IMG/VR virus record: IMGVR_UViG_3300011226_000001
Coordinates: 128,001-192,000 of that record
From: a virus
Lineage: Duplodnaviria > Caudoviricetes
Strand: one strand, 5' to 3'
Length of the DNA stretch: 64,000 nt
In this document: positions 47,467 to 56,161 of the stretch, piece by piece
Layout: the number at the start of each line of letters is the position of its first letter
How positions within the stretch are numbered: position 1 is the stretch's first letter
The notes under the pieces: generated by a model
Databases searched by the model: none
The model's input: the letters and a program-made list of their open reading frames with translations, nothing else
What the model was told of the DNA's origin: nothing
Position numbers and translations under genes: made by a program

Positions 47467-48610
47467 GAAATGCAGCTTAACGCTGAACGGTACCTTCCTG
47501 TCAGATATTCTTAAACGTGTCGATAGCGTGACGCGTTTCTCTGAGTCGGACGACAAGCTGACGCACATTCATCTGCTGGTCACCTATAAGTCTGACGTGT
47601 TCGTTCTCGGTCGTACTCCTGATACGTTCGTTGCCTATCTGGTTCCGGGTGCGACTGCCGACGCCGATACGGTTATGAACATCGACCCTATTCAGTTGAC
47701 CGGCCTGATCAGTAAGCGTAAAGAACTGAACGTTGAGTTCGACGGTAAGACGTTGAACATTAGCGAACAGAAAGGCAAGTACAAAGCAGAAGTGAAACTG
47801 CGTCCAGTATCGGCCGAGCAGATTCCGATGGTTGAGCAGGGTCTGCATCACCACATCGAAGGCGGGCATGAGATGACGCGTGAAGTAATCGACGCGATGA
47901 CTCAGGGCGTTAAGCTGACTCGTCTGAAAGATACTATCACAGGTCAAACAGTGATGTGTCGTGTTATCTGTGACGGTGAAAGCCTGAGCCTCGTTAGCCC
48001 TGGTCACTGGACTTCATCTCGTTATCGTGCTGCACTGAAAAAGAAAGTGAAGCCGTTCCGTTTCAGTATGACAGGCGAGATGTTCGACCTCGTGTATCGC
48101 TTCTGTGGTGAAGAGAAGGTAACGTTCCACGTTGACAGCAGTTCATTCGCCGCCGAAGCTGAATCGTTTGTTCTGACGCTGCCTCCGATTCAGGCAAGCG
48201 ACGAAGACTATCGCTACATGGACAACATGATCGCACAGCTTGGCAAGCCGCTGATTGGTTGTGTGATCAAGGGTGACCTGTCTGCGCCGTTCGCTAACAT
48301 CTCGACATTGATCGAGAAGAAGGGTAACACGAACGCGAAGCTCCTCGTTAAGAAGCAAGAGTTTAAACTCAAGTTCGGTAACGATAGCGGTAGCGTACAG
48401 GACAGCTTGAAGCTGGCGAAGCCTGTTGAGAAAGAGTTTAGTACCTCGCTCGACATGCGTATCATCCGCGAGTTGCTGCGTAACATCGGTCGTGAAGAAC
48501 GTCACAACATGGGCTTCCACGGTAGCAGCATCAATGCCCTGAACGCGTTCAGCCTGAACTATAAGTTCGACACGCACACGCTGTTGTACTTCGGGTATCT
48601 GCCAGCATGA
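47432..48610 (+). CDS. dnaN: Probable sliding clamp (DNA polymerase III beta-like)
   Basis: About 390 aa with three-part alpha/beta pattern; N-terminus LSDILKRV..V...L.HIHL recalls DnaN; next to polA, with dnaX in the window. Confidence 0.55.
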   Translation: MKTCRLPKNPAKKCSLTLNGTFLSDILKRVDSVTRFSESDDKLTHIHLLVTYKSDVFVLGRTPDTFVAYLVPGATADADTVMNIDPIQLTGLISKRKELNVEFDGKTLNISEQKGKYKAEVKLRPVSAEQIPMVEQGLHHHIEGGHEMTREVIDAMTQGVKLTRLKDTITGQTVMCRVICDGESLSLVSPGHWTSSRYRAALKKKVKPFRFSMTGEMFDLVYRFCGEEKVTFHVDSSSFAAEAESFVLTLPPIQASDEDYRYMDNMIAQLGKPLIGCVIKGDLSAPFANISTLIEKKGNTNAKLLVKKQEFKLKFGNDSGSVQDSLKLAKPVEKEFSTSLDMRIIRELLRNIGREERHNMGFHGSSINALNAFSLNYKFDTHTLLYFGYLPA

Positions 48611-49053
48611 CAGTAAGATGGGCTAAAGTAGCCATCAAGAAAAACGTCCTCTCTGGGGACGTTTGTTCACTCATACACGATGTTCTGTATGAAATACCTA
48701 ATGCCCCGCGTGGGCGTCGTCGTTTCTGTCTGATCTATAAAGCTGTGTACGGTGATACGCTGGACATTGATAGCGTTGCGCCTATTGAACATAGCTATCA
48801 CTTCAAGCAATCGTATCTGCGCCTTGCTGATACAGTTGTAGGTTCGTTGCTCGAAGTGTCTGCGAAGTGGTGTACGTTCAACGATGTGACTGTTGGTTAT
48901 ATGCCTCCGCTCGAAAAACTACACAACTTCACCTGCCCTATCGAAGGTCCTTCTGGGGGTCTGCTAATTTATCGGGACGAGCATGGTAGCTTCTTCGCTA
49001 TGCCGAACAAGACTCCTGAGAGTCCGATTCTCGTAACTGACAAAGGTGATTAA
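48607..49053 (+). CDS. Hypothetical protein
   Basis: 148 aa, ATGA overlap. Confidence 0.7.
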   Translation: MTVRWAKVAIKKNVLSGDVCSLIHDVLYEIPNAPRGRRRFCLIYKAVYGDTLDIDSVAPIEHSYHFKQSYLRLADTVVGSLLEVSAKWCTFNDVTVGYMPPLEKLHNFTCPIEGPSGGLLIYRDEHGSFFAMPNKTPESPILVTDKGD

Positions 49054-49598
49054 TGGACGACCTAAAGCGCATTCGAATAAAGGTCAAGAATGACAAGCGC
49101 TATAAGAAGCTGAGGGATATCTACAAAACGAATGATATCTTTCAGCAACCTCTCGCCGAACTGCAAGACGAAGCGCGTAAACTGTTTAAGATGCGTAAGG
49201 TCAGAACGCTCAACATCTCTGATCCGCAAGCACTGAACAAAGTTGCCGAGTCGATAATTCAAGATCAATCGTACCGAAGCCGTATGACTGAGATCATGAC
49301 GCATATCCACACAGCCTCAAAACTGTTAAATGATATGTTAGAACGATTTCAGGACTATGCTTCGGTCACGTATGCAAAAGATCTGAAAGCCGTCGGCGCT
49401 GCGAAAGAACGTGAGCGTTGTGTCAGAAACATTATGGCCGAATACTACCGATACGCTGATCAGCTTGAACTACTCAAGGAAGAGTTGGACCTGTATATCA
49501 AGGACATTGATAAGTGTGGCTTCGCGTACCGAGCACTTGTCGATACGATGAACATCATCAATCAGCGTGAGTACGGTCTCCCGAACTCAAGGAAATAG
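49053..49598 (+). CDS. Helical/coiled-coil hypothetical protein
   Basis: 181 aa, TAATG coupling, directly upstream of helicase. Confidence 0.75.
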   Translation: MDDLKRIRIKVKNDKRYKKLRDIYKTNDIFQQPLAELQDEARKLFKMRKVRTLNISDPQALNKVAESIIQDQSYRSRMTEIMTHIHTASKLLNDMLERFQDYASVTYAKDLKAVGAAKERERCVRNIMAEYYRYADQLELLKEELDLYIKDIDKCGFAYRALVDTMNIINQREYGLPNSRK

Positions 49599-49600
49599 AT

Positions 49601-51202
49601 GTGACTGCCAAAGTATTGGTCGATAGCCGTCTGCACATTCCAGTTAAAGTTGTGGACGCAGACAACATCATCAAGAAGATGACTCACTACGAGTTCGACA
49701 ACGCCGCTTGTAAGAACTGTGAGTTTCGTTCTATACGACCGTCCGAAGAATGCCGTTCGTGTTCTAAAGGCGGTCTGCTCGATATTACCGTGCTGGCGAA
49801 ATACTCTGAGATTAAGGGTAAGCGTTACGTGTCTATCCCGTATGGTGAGATGCACCGTTTCGAGAGGACAGCAGGGTTGAGCCTGAAAGAAGTGAAGTTC
49901 GTGAATGGAACGAGTCGCGTACCTTACGACTACAAAGTGAAATTCACGGGCAAGCTGCGTGAATATCAGAAAGAACCGTTCGAGAAGATGTTCGGTGAAC
50001 TGTGTGGTGTGTTTAAAGCACCGCCTCGTTCTGGTAAGACGGTTATCGGTACTGCTGGTGCATGTCACTCTGGTTTCCGTACAGTCATTATGGCTGACCA
50101 GAAAGACTTCCTCGATGGTTTCTTAGAGACTATCGAAGCGATGACGAATCTTCCTGAGCTGGAAGAGAAGCACGGCAAGAAGCTGTATGGATTCCCGAAG
50201 ACTCTGGATGACTATAAGAACTTCCAGATTATCCTTGTGACCTATCAGTCTCTGATCTCTGACAGTAAGAACTCGAAGAAGCGACTCAAGTTGCTGAACG
50301 AGAACTACGGAACGCTGTTCGTCGATGAATGTCACGCAGGTAACGCAAGCTGTTATAGCCGCGTACTGGCCAGCCTGAAAATGAAGTATCGCTTCGGTCT
50401 GACTGCGACACCAAAGCGTAAAGATGGACGACATTACCTTATTGAATCTATCTTCGGGCCTGTGATTGCCGAAGCGTTCGTTGAGGAGCTTGTGCCTAAA
50501 GTAACGTTGCATAAGACTTCTAACCGAGTGCAGTCGAAAGCGAACTACAACAACAAAAGTGGTTGGGTGCGATTCTGTAAGTTCCTTGCGAATCATCCAG
50601 ACCGCAACGACAAGATCTTTGAATGGATTATCAAAGACCTTGATGCCGGTCGAAGTATCGCAATCCCAATCATGTTCACTGATCAAGCACGTCGTCTGGT
50701 GCAGCGTATCAATGAGCATTACATGGAAGAAGTTGCTGCTGTGTTCCTTGGTGGTGCGAAAGAAGCGAAGAAGCGTAAGCCGATTATTGATGCAGCGCGT
50801 GAAGGTAAGATACGCTGCGTTGTTGGTATGCGCAAGCTGATGCAGCGCGGTCTGAACGTTCCGAAGTGGGACACGCTGTACTACATCATGCCGATGAATA
50901 ACGAACCGAACTGGAAACAGGAATCGTGTCGTATTCTGACGCCGATGGAAAACAAGCGGACGCCTGTGATTCGTATGTTCATCGATCCAAAGATGGAGCG
51001 TTCGATGCAGTGTGCTCGCTCCGTTCTCAAGATGTGCTGGAAGTTTGGTTACGCGAAAGCGAAGCGTACACCGAAGAAGCTGCGTGATTGGATGGGCGTT
51101 GTGTCGAGAAGTGAAGCGCTTGATAGCGAGTTGCCTGATTACTTCGAACCAGAAGCGCGTGTGAAAGGCCAGCCGTCTAACTTAGGCATGAGGCGATTCT
51201 GA
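49601..51202 (+). CDS. uvsW: UvsW/XPB-like superfamily 2 helicase
   Basis: LREYQ, APPRSGKT, FVDECH, GLTATPKRKDG, RGLNVP; N-terminal CxxC..CxxC. Confidence 0.85.
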   Translation: MTAKVLVDSRLHIPVKVVDADNIIKKMTHYEFDNAACKNCEFRSIRPSEECRSCSKGGLLDITVLAKYSEIKGKRYVSIPYGEMHRFERTAGLSLKEVKFVNGTSRVPYDYKVKFTGKLREYQKEPFEKMFGELCGVFKAPPRSGKTVIGTAGACHSGFRTVIMADQKDFLDGFLETIEAMTNLPELEEKHGKKLYGFPKTLDDYKNFQIILVTYQSLISDSKNSKKRLKLLNENYGTLFVDECHAGNASCYSRVLASLKMKYRFGLTATPKRKDGRHYLIESIFGPVIAEAFVEELVPKVTLHKTSNRVQSKANYNNKSGWVRFCKFLANHPDRNDKIFEWIIKDLDAGRSIAIPIMFTDQARRLVQRINEHYMEEVAAVFLGGAKEAKKRKPIIDAAREGKIRCVVGMRKLMQRGLNVPKWDTLYYIMPMNNEPNWKQESCRILTPMENKRTPVIRMFIDPKMERSMQCARSVLKMCWKFGYAKAKRTPKKLRDWMGVVSRSEALDSELPDYFEPEARVKGQPSNLGMRRF

Positions 51203-51684
51203 TGAATCTTCATGAAGTAGAACCTAAACCGCAGAGTGGCTTCGAAACTATACTGCGTCGTGCCCTCAAGGAGGAGGGCATTATCCTCGTTAACCAATCT
51301 GCTCTTGGTGCTGCTACAGCAACACTTGACGTGACAGTTAACGTTTCTATCGAGGGTGCAGCCACCAGCCTGATTGATGCTACTTACGAGAAGCTGAAAG
51401 TTGTTGGGCTGAAAGATGTGCTCAAAACTTTTGGTAACTGCTTGATGCTCGTGTCTTGCGATAAAGTTGAAGTTATCGAAGCACCGTTCGGTTGCCCGCC
51501 TTCGTACATATTCAAAGACTGCGTGTTCTGTGTTGGTCAGCGCCCAGAGGCAGACATGCAGACAACCTATCTGGCTATGCAGGGTATCTATTCCGACCTG
51601 CCGCCGTACAGCAAACTCACCTCTGACCAGAAGAAGATGATTAGCAATCACATTGCTATGCTGGCAGACTACCTGAGGAAATAA
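51202..51684 (+). CDS. Hypothetical protein
   Basis: 160 aa, coupled. Confidence 0.7.
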   Translation: MNLHEVEPKPQSGFETILRRALKEEGIILVNQSALGAATATLDVTVNVSIEGAATSLIDATYEKLKVVGLKDVLKTFGNCLMLVSCDKVEVIEAPFGCPPSYIFKDCVFCVGQRPEADMQTTYLAMQGIYSDLPPYSKLTSDQKKMISNHIAMLADYLRK

Positions 51685-51686
51685 TC

Positions 51687-52175
51687 ATGTTTGATCCTGT
51701 TCAGACAGTTGTTGTTAATACTCTCCGTGCTAACGCGAAAATCATCATGGACGGTCAGTATGACGTAAATGGCGGTGAGACCTTCCGTGTTTCGTTCGTT
51801 ATTAAGGCACCAGCTCCAGGCAATCAAGCAGACATTGATCTGTCTGCTGTGTTTGAGTCCTTCCCTGATGGATTTGCTGTTCAGCGTATCGCAGATCTCA
51901 GTCACACTATGGTGCGTCTGCCTGTAAGCATTGGCGGCCACAAAGAAGAATGCCGGGGTACATTCCTGTTGACTGTTACCAAAGCAAACTGGCAGCAAGG
52001 TGATAACGGTGTTAGCGGCAAGGAAGGTCGTTACGTCGAAGACGACAACGTGGTTGAAGATGAAAACGATCTCGGCCTTTCTGATATCATTGACCGCTAC
52101 AACAGGCTGCCTGAACTCAAAAAGAAACAGTTCACGGCTGCTGCGCGTTTGTTGCTTAAGGGTCTCGCTCTGTAA
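51687..52175 (+). CDS. Hypothetical protein
   Basis: 162 aa, GAGG SD. Confidence 0.7.
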   Translation: MFDPVQTVVVNTLRANAKIIMDGQYDVNGGETFRVSFVIKAPAPGNQADIDLSAVFESFPDGFAVQRIADLSHTMVRLPVSIGGHKEECRGTFLLTVTKANWQQGDNGVSGKEGRYVEDDNVVEDENDLGLSDIIDRYNRLPELKKKQFTAAARLLLKGLAL

Positions 52176-52214
52176 TTTATAGACTGTCTCTTTGTCAGAC
52201 TATAAGGAGTTTAA

Positions 52215-52538
52215 ATGAAAGAGCGTTTACCGCACACTCTCGACATGGACATGTTGAGAAGTGAAGCATCCCGTCTGTCGATGAACGTTAAGCAATGGCA
52301 CCCAGGCGACGAAGAACCTACGAGTGAGGTACTGACCCTCACTCTGGACTTCTCCAACTTCGTGCATAGTGTGTCTGTCATGTCCAACCTGTTAATGGTG
52401 ATGCGTGATAAACTCGAATGCACGAACGTCTGGCTTGTGTCTCATGCGTGTGTACCGCACCCTGAGCATAAAGACCATACGCGCATTAACGTGACAGTCT
52501 TCCCACGCAACATTAAGGAATCATGCAATGCGTCTTGA
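52215..52538 (+). CDS. Hypothetical protein
   Basis: 107 aa, AAGGAG SD. Confidence 0.7.
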   Translation: MKERLPHTLDMDMLRSEASRLSMNVKQWHPGDEEPTSEVLTLTLDFSNFVHSVSVMSNLLMVMRDKLECTNVWLVSHACVPHPEHKDHTRINVTVFPRNIKESCNAS

Positions 52539-52899
52539 TCAACTGCAACGCTACATGAAAGAGCACGGCATTCCACATGCTGTTGCTCTGCACATGGGAC
52601 TCAAGCACCTCGACTGGATTTCCAAAGACACCGACATGCAAGCCGAACACTGGCAAAAGCATACGCTGTCGTGGGAAGTTCCTGAAGGTCCGTTTGATCT
52701 CGATAGCTGGGCAATCAGTATTGCTGATGCCCTCAAGCTCGAAGAAGCGTTTACTATCTACGAGCCAACACTGGCACCGGAAGCTAAAGGACTTATCCTG
52801 TTCTACGGCTTCCGTTTCCACGAAGATAAGACTGTGGCATCTGGCTGGCGTATCGTGTTCCAATACACTTACGTCGATCCAGAAATGCCGTTGATGTAA
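52528..52899 (+). CDS. Hypothetical protein
   Basis: 123 aa, AAGGA SD. Confidence 0.7.
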   Translation: MRLDQLQRYMKEHGIPHAVALHMGLKHLDWISKDTDMQAEHWQKHTLSWEVPEGPFDLDSWAISIADALKLEEAFTIYEPTLAPEAKGLILFYGFRFHEDKTVASGWRIVFQYTYVDPEMPLM

Positions 52900-52915
52900 T
52901 AACAAGGAGAGCACC

Positions 52916-53275
52916 ATGGAATTTAGAACCGAGTATGATCTCACGCTGTCTACGTATGCCGGACAACTGTTGGTGAAAGCGCTTGTTGCTTATCATGAAA
53001 AGATGTGCGAGCCTACTCTTAACCCCAGCAAAATTCCTACTGTGTTTGAAGTTCCTGGTGTTCTTCGTATTGACAATCTGGTTAATATCGAAAGCCATAC
53101 ATACTCGTCTGTGGCTAATCCTGCATATAGCCCTTTCAGTGGTCCTAAACGTGAAGATCATTTCCTGAGTCACGCATTCAGATATGACCCACGTGATCGC
53201 GCTCGTAGCGAAAAGACGTGCCTGAATGTCAAATTCGTCGTGTGGCAACGCGCTCCAGAATCTGTAAATACCTGA
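52916..53275 (+). CDS. Hypothetical protein
   Basis: 119 aa, AAGGAG SD. Confidence 0.7.
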   Translation: MEFRTEYDLTLSTYAGQLLVKALVAYHEKMCEPTLNPSKIPTVFEVPGVLRIDNLVNIESHTYSSVANPAYSPFSGPKREDHFLSHAFRYDPRDRARSEKTCLNVKFVVWQRAPESVNT

Positions 53276-53295
53276 CATGAACAACGGAGGGTATT

Positions 53296-53916
53296 GTGTT
53301 AACATTCGATTTTGAACCTGCTGTGGCAAAGCAAATGCAAACGCTGGGTGTAGACCCCCAGCTTCTGTTTGGCAAGCGCGAGAACTTTGATGTGGTAGAG
53401 GCAGCGCAAGACTACAAACCTCTGTCGCCATACTTCAAGGGTCGTGTTGTATCGAAGACCAAACAGCTTACTCACCTTGCGAAGATGATTCAGAATCCGT
53501 TTGAGTCTGATCCTCGTATCACGGTGATTAGCAGTTTCCCGAATGACTACCGAGCGAAAATGGCAGCGTTGAATATCTTCAATGCCGCAGTAGAAGACAG
53601 CGCAGAAACAGCGCTCAAGCCTCGCTGGGTAACGCTGTATGGTGATCGCTTCGACTATGAACAACTCAAAAGCAAGCGACCGTCATTGTTAGTGTTGACC
53701 AACGTAACTATGGACAGCACAAGCTATAAGATTGAACGACTGCGTGATATCCTTGAGATGTTCCCGAAGATACCTCGCATCGTAGTGACAGGCGGCGGGC
53801 CCGACCCGCTTGAACTTTTTACGAAACGTATTCACCTGCAAGCGCACACCGGTATTTCAATCGGTCCTGCGCATGTAGTTTCCAATGTTCTCGAACTGAT
53901 GACTTCTTCTCTTTAA
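53296..53916 (+). CDS. Hypothetical protein, possibly degenerate DnaC/IstB-like P-loop fold
   Basis: GGAGG SD, CTGTAAATA upstream; SLLVL…LRDILE…PRIVVT resembles the DnaC C-terminal half, but no Walker A. Confidence 0.55.
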   Translation: MLTFDFEPAVAKQMQTLGVDPQLLFGKRENFDVVEAAQDYKPLSPYFKGRVVSKTKQLTHLAKMIQNPFESDPRITVISSFPNDYRAKMAALNIFNAAVEDSAETALKPRWVTLYGDRFDYEQLKSKRPSLLVLTNVTMDSTSYKIERLRDILEMFPKIPRIVVTGGGPDPLELFTKRIHLQAHTGISIGPAHVVSNVLELMTSSL

Positions 53917-53925
53917 GGAAAAATA

Positions 53926-54120
53926 ATGTTACTGAATGAACTGAATGCGCTGCTGGCTAAACACCGTGACGAACTTAAACTGCCTAGCTTCCGCGCTGAG
54001 GTGTCTTCGTCTGGTAATAACCTGCAATGGTTGCACAAGAACTTGAAGCGCAATCCTCAGTGCCCACAGCGCATTGCAGAACTGGTAGCTAAACCAATCT
54101 CGGAGCTGACGCGCCCATGA
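53926..54120 (+). CDS. Small hypothetical protein
   Basis: 64 aa, AAGGA SD. Confidence 0.7.
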   Translation: MLLNELNALLAKHRDELKLPSFRAEVSSSGNNLQWLHKNLKRNPQCPQRIAELVAKPISELTRP

Positions 54121-54989
54121 CAAATACTCAGTTGATGGTTATCCCTCAACACCCCGCGCTGTTAGGTACTGCTGTTAGTCTCGCCGATGAACTGGAGTTT
54201 CAAACTCTTGAGTCTGAGGGCGGTGAGACACTTGAGGAAATCCTCGAAGAAGTATCAGCCCTCGAACTGCGCTACAGTGCAGACTGCGAACGTGTGACAA
54301 AGATTATTGATAAGCTGAATGCCAAAAACAAACCTCTTATCATGGAAGTCGAGCGTCTTAATGCGGAACTGCAAGCGCTGCTGATTAATATGGCCGAGTC
54401 TGATGACCTCGAAGACCAAGCCAATGCAGAAGACTTGAAAAAGATTCTGGAAGACAACTTCGATCAGGAAGACACTGACCACGAAACGCGTGACAACGAA
54501 TCCGATGCCGATACACAGGCAGAACACGAACGCTGGTCACGTTCGGAACTTATTCGTAAGTGTAAGGCTGTCTACAAAGCAATCGCGCGTATGACGCATC
54601 CAGACCGGTGCCGCCATATGTCGAAACAGGAACAACAGCGCCGTCAAGAATTGTTCCTGAAGGCTAAAGATGCCGTATCTCGTTTGGATTATGAAGGATT
54701 GGATGCAATTCATATTGAACTTGCTTCGAAATCTCATGATCCACTTAATTTAGTGCAACGTCTGTTACGTGCGCGTGAACGTCGTCAGATTCTCTATCAC
54801 AAGATTGAGGCACTCCGACAGTCCGATGAATGGAAGCTGTTTTCTATCGCATTCCATCACGGTGAAGGAGTTGCTGACGCGCAGTATCGCTACAATCTCG
54901 AACAGACACTGGAGGGCCTGCGTCACATGATTGCCCACGCGAAAGGTCAATCAGCGACCGACTCAAATTCTAATAACCACTGGGTTTAG
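54117..54989 (+). CDS. J-domain (DnaJ-like) coiled-coil protein
   Basis: KAVYKAIARMTHPDR…ELFLKAKDA: helix-HPD-helix signature. Confidence 0.75.
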   Translation: MTNTQLMVIPQHPALLGTAVSLADELEFQTLESEGGETLEEILEEVSALELRYSADCERVTKIIDKLNAKNKPLIMEVERLNAELQALLINMAESDDLEDQANAEDLKKILEDNFDQEDTDHETRDNESDADTQAEHERWSRSELIRKCKAVYKAIARMTHPDRCRHMSKQEQQRRQELFLKAKDAVSRLDYEGLDAIHIELASKSHDPLNLVQRLLRARERRQILYHKIEALRQSDEWKLFSIAFHHGEGVADAQYRYNLEQTLEGLRHMIAHAKGQSATDSNSNNHWV

Positions 54990-54991
54990 TC

Positions 54992-56077
54992 ATGACTACA
55001 CTTGTTGTTTATCATCAAGGATGTGCTGATGGTAGTTTTGCCGCTGCTATTACAGCACTTGCGTATCCCAATGATACGCTCCACTTCTTCCCTGCTGTCT
55101 ACGCACAAGACCAAGGGGATATAGTTACTGCTGACGGAGTTCTCATGGAGGATATTCCTGGACTCGAAGGCGGTAAAGATGCGCTGTATAAACGCGTTAT
55201 TGTAGTTGACTTCTCTTTCACTGAAAAGCAGATGGCTATCTTCACGCATCGCTATGGCGGTAACTTCAAGGTGCTCGACCACCATGATTGCCGCAGCCAC
55301 GAGAAGTATGCCGAAGAGTGCGCGGCCATCGAAGCCTACGACGATAAAGGTGTGCGTAAGCAAGTAAGTCCTTTGCAACTTACTTTCGCTGCTGGTGGCA
55401 GTGGTGCGCTGCTTGCGTACATGGCTCATGTATCTGAGTTCCAACAGCACCAGTACGCTTGCACTGATAACCTCATTCGTTGTGCGCAACTGGTATCAGA
55501 CCGTGACCTGTGGATTCGCACAAACAAACGTGCGTTCGCGTTCTACGAAGGTTATTCGAAAGACGTGTTCTCGGAAGTAGAGAAGTGTGGTCATATCTAC
55601 ACTGAAATGCCGCCGACCGTTCGTAAAGCCTACAAGATTATCCTTGCTGGCAATATCGAACAAATCATCGAACAAGGTTTCAAGAATATCGAAATCCGTG
55701 ACGAAAAGATTCGTCAGATGATTGAGGAGAACAGCTTCTTCTCAGAGCCTAACTCGTTGATTGATGTGAAACACGCTGTGGTGCCTTGTGACAAAGGCAT
55801 CGCATCTGAAACAGGTACCTACGTCTACGAAAACTATGCACACTTCCAGACAGTGCTGCTGGTACGTAAAGGTCATCGTGACCCAGACCGTGTTTACGTT
55901 AGCTGTCGCTCTCAGGGATATCCTGAAGGTCATAAGGGTAGCGCTCGTTATATTGCGCGTACTCGTGGTGGCGATGGCCATGTCAGTGCTGCCGGTTTCA
56001 ATATGCCGCTTACGGAGTTTAATGAACTCTATCCTGGCCTGAAACTCGACTTCGATTCAGTAGGTTGTGATTGTTAA
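54992..56077 (+). CDS. DHH/DHHA1 phosphoesterase
   Basis: VVYH..CADG, VVDFS, LDHH, DRDLW, GGDGHVSAAGF. Confidence 0.85.
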   Translation: MTTLVVYHQGCADGSFAAAITALAYPNDTLHFFPAVYAQDQGDIVTADGVLMEDIPGLEGGKDALYKRVIVVDFSFTEKQMAIFTHRYGGNFKVLDHHDCRSHEKYAEECAAIEAYDDKGVRKQVSPLQLTFAAGGSGALLAYMAHVSEFQQHQYACTDNLIRCAQLVSDRDLWIRTNKRAFAFYEGYSKDVFSEVEKCGHIYTEMPPTVRKAYKIILAGNIEQIIEQGFKNIEIRDEKIRQMIEENSFFSEPNSLIDVKHAVVPCDKGIASETGTYVYENYAHFQTVLLVRKGHRDPDRVYVSCRSQGYPEGHKGSARYIARTRGGDGHVSAAGFNMPLTEFNELYPGLKLDFDSVGCDC

Positions 56078-56080
56078 AAC

Positions 56081-56107
56081 AAAGGGGTGGCTTCGGCTGC
56101 CCCTTTT
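56081..56107 (+). terminator. Intrinsic terminator
   Basis: AAAGGGGTGGC-TTCG-GCTGCCCCTTTT. Confidence 0.85.
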
Positions 56108-56161
56108 GCATTTCTTGTCGCTTATACGATAATTTCAGACAGTCATATAAGGAGACAAATC

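Noticed and set aside
11514-56107. Recurrent GGGTGGC..GC(T/C)GCCC hairpins as a mobile repeat or CRISPR repeat
   Set aside because: They are isolated, sit at gene ends with T-tracts and have no spacer array; ordinary intrinsic terminators
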